Assembly (NCBI GenBank): GCA_030700255.1
Contig: JAUYJN010000043.1
Location: 16,785-80,784 of the forward strand
Reading direction: 5' to 3'
DNA: 64,000 nucleotides
Origin: Candidatus Peregrinibacteria bacterium
GTDB lineage: Bacteria > Patescibacteriota > Gracilibacteria > UBA1369 > JABINC01
Position numbers and translations under genes: made by a program
Part shown: positions 62,613-64,000 of the stretch, piece by piece
How the letters are laid out: each line of letters opens with the position of its first letter
How positions within the stretch are numbered: position 1 is the first letter of the stretch
Notes under the pieces: generated by a model
What the model was told of the DNA's origin: nothing
The model's database searches: none
Seen by the model: only the letters and a program-made list of their open reading frames with translations

Positions 62613-63893
62613 TTATTTTTTTTCTATCAAGTATTGTCTTGTGAGCACTTTGCCAAGTTCAACCCCCGGTTGATTGAATGCATCTATGCCATAAAATTCT
62701 CCTAGGAATGCGGTCGCACCTTCGAATATCAAAAATAACGCTCCAAGATTGTATGCATCTATTTTGTCTAATTTGAATGTTACGTTTGCTTTCTCATATT
62801 TTGTGACAGCGTCTTGTGTCGCATGCAATTCGGTGTTAATCAGGTTCTCAAAAGTGATGCCTTTTAAGAAATCTGTTTTTTCGTGATCTTCCGATACATG
62901 TGGTATTTCAATTTTTGATTCGTGGTTTTCAACTTCTAAAAATATGATCATCTTGTCACGTGGACCTTCGTTATAAAGTTGTACTTGTGAATGTTGGTCG
63001 ACCGTTCCCAGTGCCGCGACAGGAGTTATACCTGTATTAACAATGCTCCCATCTCTTGCAGTTGCTTTACCAATACTTTCAGCGAGTAATTGCGAATACC
63101 AATCCGCAAAAGTCCTAAGTCTGTTTGTGTATGGCATCATGATATTTATATTAACGCCATTTTGATTGAGTAAATATTGGATAGTCGCAAATTGAAAACT
63201 TATGTTTTCATCGAAATTTTCTGATAAAAACTTTGCGGCGAATTCTTTACCGCCTCTTAGTAGTTCTTGGATATCTATTCCTATTAGTGCCGCAGGCAGC
63301 AATCCTACGTTTGTGAGAACTGAGAATCTTCCTCCTACATTTTCCGGCACGGGAAACATCTTGATGCCTTCGCGGACTCCCACGTCATGCAGGAAGCTTG
63401 TGTGTGGTCCGGTTATAAATACGTGATGTTTTTTTGGATCCAGCTCTTTGTCATCTGTTTTTTTTCTAAAATATAGATATTCTGCTACCGGCTCCGGAGT
63501 ATCTCCGGATTTTGAAATCGTTATGAAAAGTGCTCTGTCATAATTGATAATATCATCAAGTTTTTCGATCATGTATGGGTCGACGTTGTCGAGGACGCAG
63601 AGGCGTGGAGCATCTTTGCCATACGGATGAGCGAGGGTGTCTTTGAGGCATATATTCCCGAGTGAAGAACCTCCTATGCCGAGCACTATTATGTCGTCAA
63701 ATTGGCCTTTTAGACTTGCAGCGTATTCAAGTACTTCTGAGACGTCCTCATTTACAATATCATAAAATCCTTGATTTCTAGTTTTGATCAATTCTAAGTA
63801 TGGAGATAGCTTTTCTTCTGTTCCTTTGAAATTCGCCTCAGTAATCTGAGGATTTTTGACTTTGAATAGATTTGAATAATCGAGAGTAATCAT
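62613..63893 (-). CDS. pgi: Glucose-6-phosphate isomerase
   Basis: Contains GIGGSSLG, ISKSGDTPE, GGRFSVL and DQHSQVQLY. The start is set at ATG 63891-63893, 2 nt after the tal stop; the track ORF extends to 63926. Confidence 0.9.
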   Translation of the reverse strand: MITLDYSNLFKVKNPQITEANFKGTEEKLSPYLELIKTRNQGFYDIVNEDVSEVLEYAASLKGQFDDIIVLGIGGSSLGNICLKDTLAHPYGKDAPRLCVLDNVDPYMIEKLDDIINYDRALFITISKSGDTPEPVAEYLYFRKKTDDKELDPKKHHVFITGPHTSFLHDVGVREGIKMFPVPENVGGRFSVLTNVGLLPAALIGIDIQELLRGGKEFAAKFLSENFDENISFQFATIQYLLNQNGVNINIMMPYTNRLRTFADWYSQLLAESIGKATARDGSIVNTGITPVAALGTVDQHSQVQLYNEGPRDKMIIFLEVENHESKIEIPHVSEDHEKTDFLKGITFENLINTELHATQDAVTKYEKANVTFKLDKIDAYNLGALFLIFEGATAFLGEFYGIDAFNQPGVELGKVLTRQYLIEKK

Positions 63894-63895
63894 TG

Positions 63896-64000
63896 TTATT
63901 TTTGCATATTTTTTACTTTTTCCCAATCCGCCAAGAAGTTTTCGAGACCTTTGTCAGTTAGTGGATGTTTGATTAATTTATTGAGAATATCAGCCGGCAT
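63896..64000 (-). CDS. tal: Transaldolase, C-terminal 34 codons (gene runs off the right edge)
   Basis: Own translation of the minus strand: ...[34 protein letters not shown]. Compare the Bacillus-type transaldolase C-terminus ...HPLTDKGIEQFLADWNK. Confidence 0.8.
   Translation of the reverse strand: MPADILNKLIKHPLTDKGLENFLADWEKVKNMQK

Noticed and set aside
1-64000. Alternative genetic code (UGA read as Gly, as in Gracilibacteria/Absconditabacteria) suggested by the CPR-like gene content and the missing rpoB ORF in the track
   Set aside because: rpoB, dnaK, sufB, nrdJ, mraY and the other conserved genes are uninterrupted under the standard code, and TGA terminates real genes (for example the Bro-N gene at 6706-6708). 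rpoB is missing from the track only because it has no in-window stop.

Overview
AT-rich bacterial chromosomal window read with the standard genetic code: TGA is used as a stop and the conserved genes are uninterrupted. The many compact genes and the gene content suggest a CPR/Patescibacteria-type genome, but this is inference only. No rRNA, tRNA or CRISPR array was recognised.

Housekeeping backbone: rpoB (5' part, off the left edge), serS, hrcA-grpE-dnaK with CIRCE operators, two GAPDH paralogs (one next to class I FBPase), tsaC, rsmH, and an ECF sigma/anti-sigma pair. It continues with an mraY / DD-carboxypeptidase / rluB / LCP envelope cluster, comEC, nth, flavodoxin plus 2-oxoacid:ferredoxin oxidoreductase, DJ-1, nrnA, a full suf Fe-S operon (sufB-C-D-S-E plus DUF59 and a 2Fe-2S ferredoxin), trxB, class II RNR nrdJ, two tandem LOG-family genes, and a tal-pgi-zwf-gnd pentose-phosphate operon (tal off the right edge).

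Most unusual content:
1. A roughly 5.5 kb cassette-like accessory island between serS and the dnaK operon. It carries three intact toxin-antitoxin pairs, one frameshifted yafQ toxin, a Bro-N/DinD-like gene and a PIN-like orphan. The cassettes are separated by a previously unannotated family of mosaic, palindrome-rich non-coding repeats.
2. Two diverged paralogous HNH-endonuclease genes in inverted orientation, with conserved upstream leaders, bracketing the 13 kb Fe-S/redox block. One of them carries an 18-nt motif from the island repeats.
3. Three GC-rich, hairpin-dense non-coding islands (2040-2215, 19925-20245, 32246-32860). They may be unannotated RNAs or regulatory regions.

I could not assign any of these to a known RNA or mobile-element family from sequence alone.
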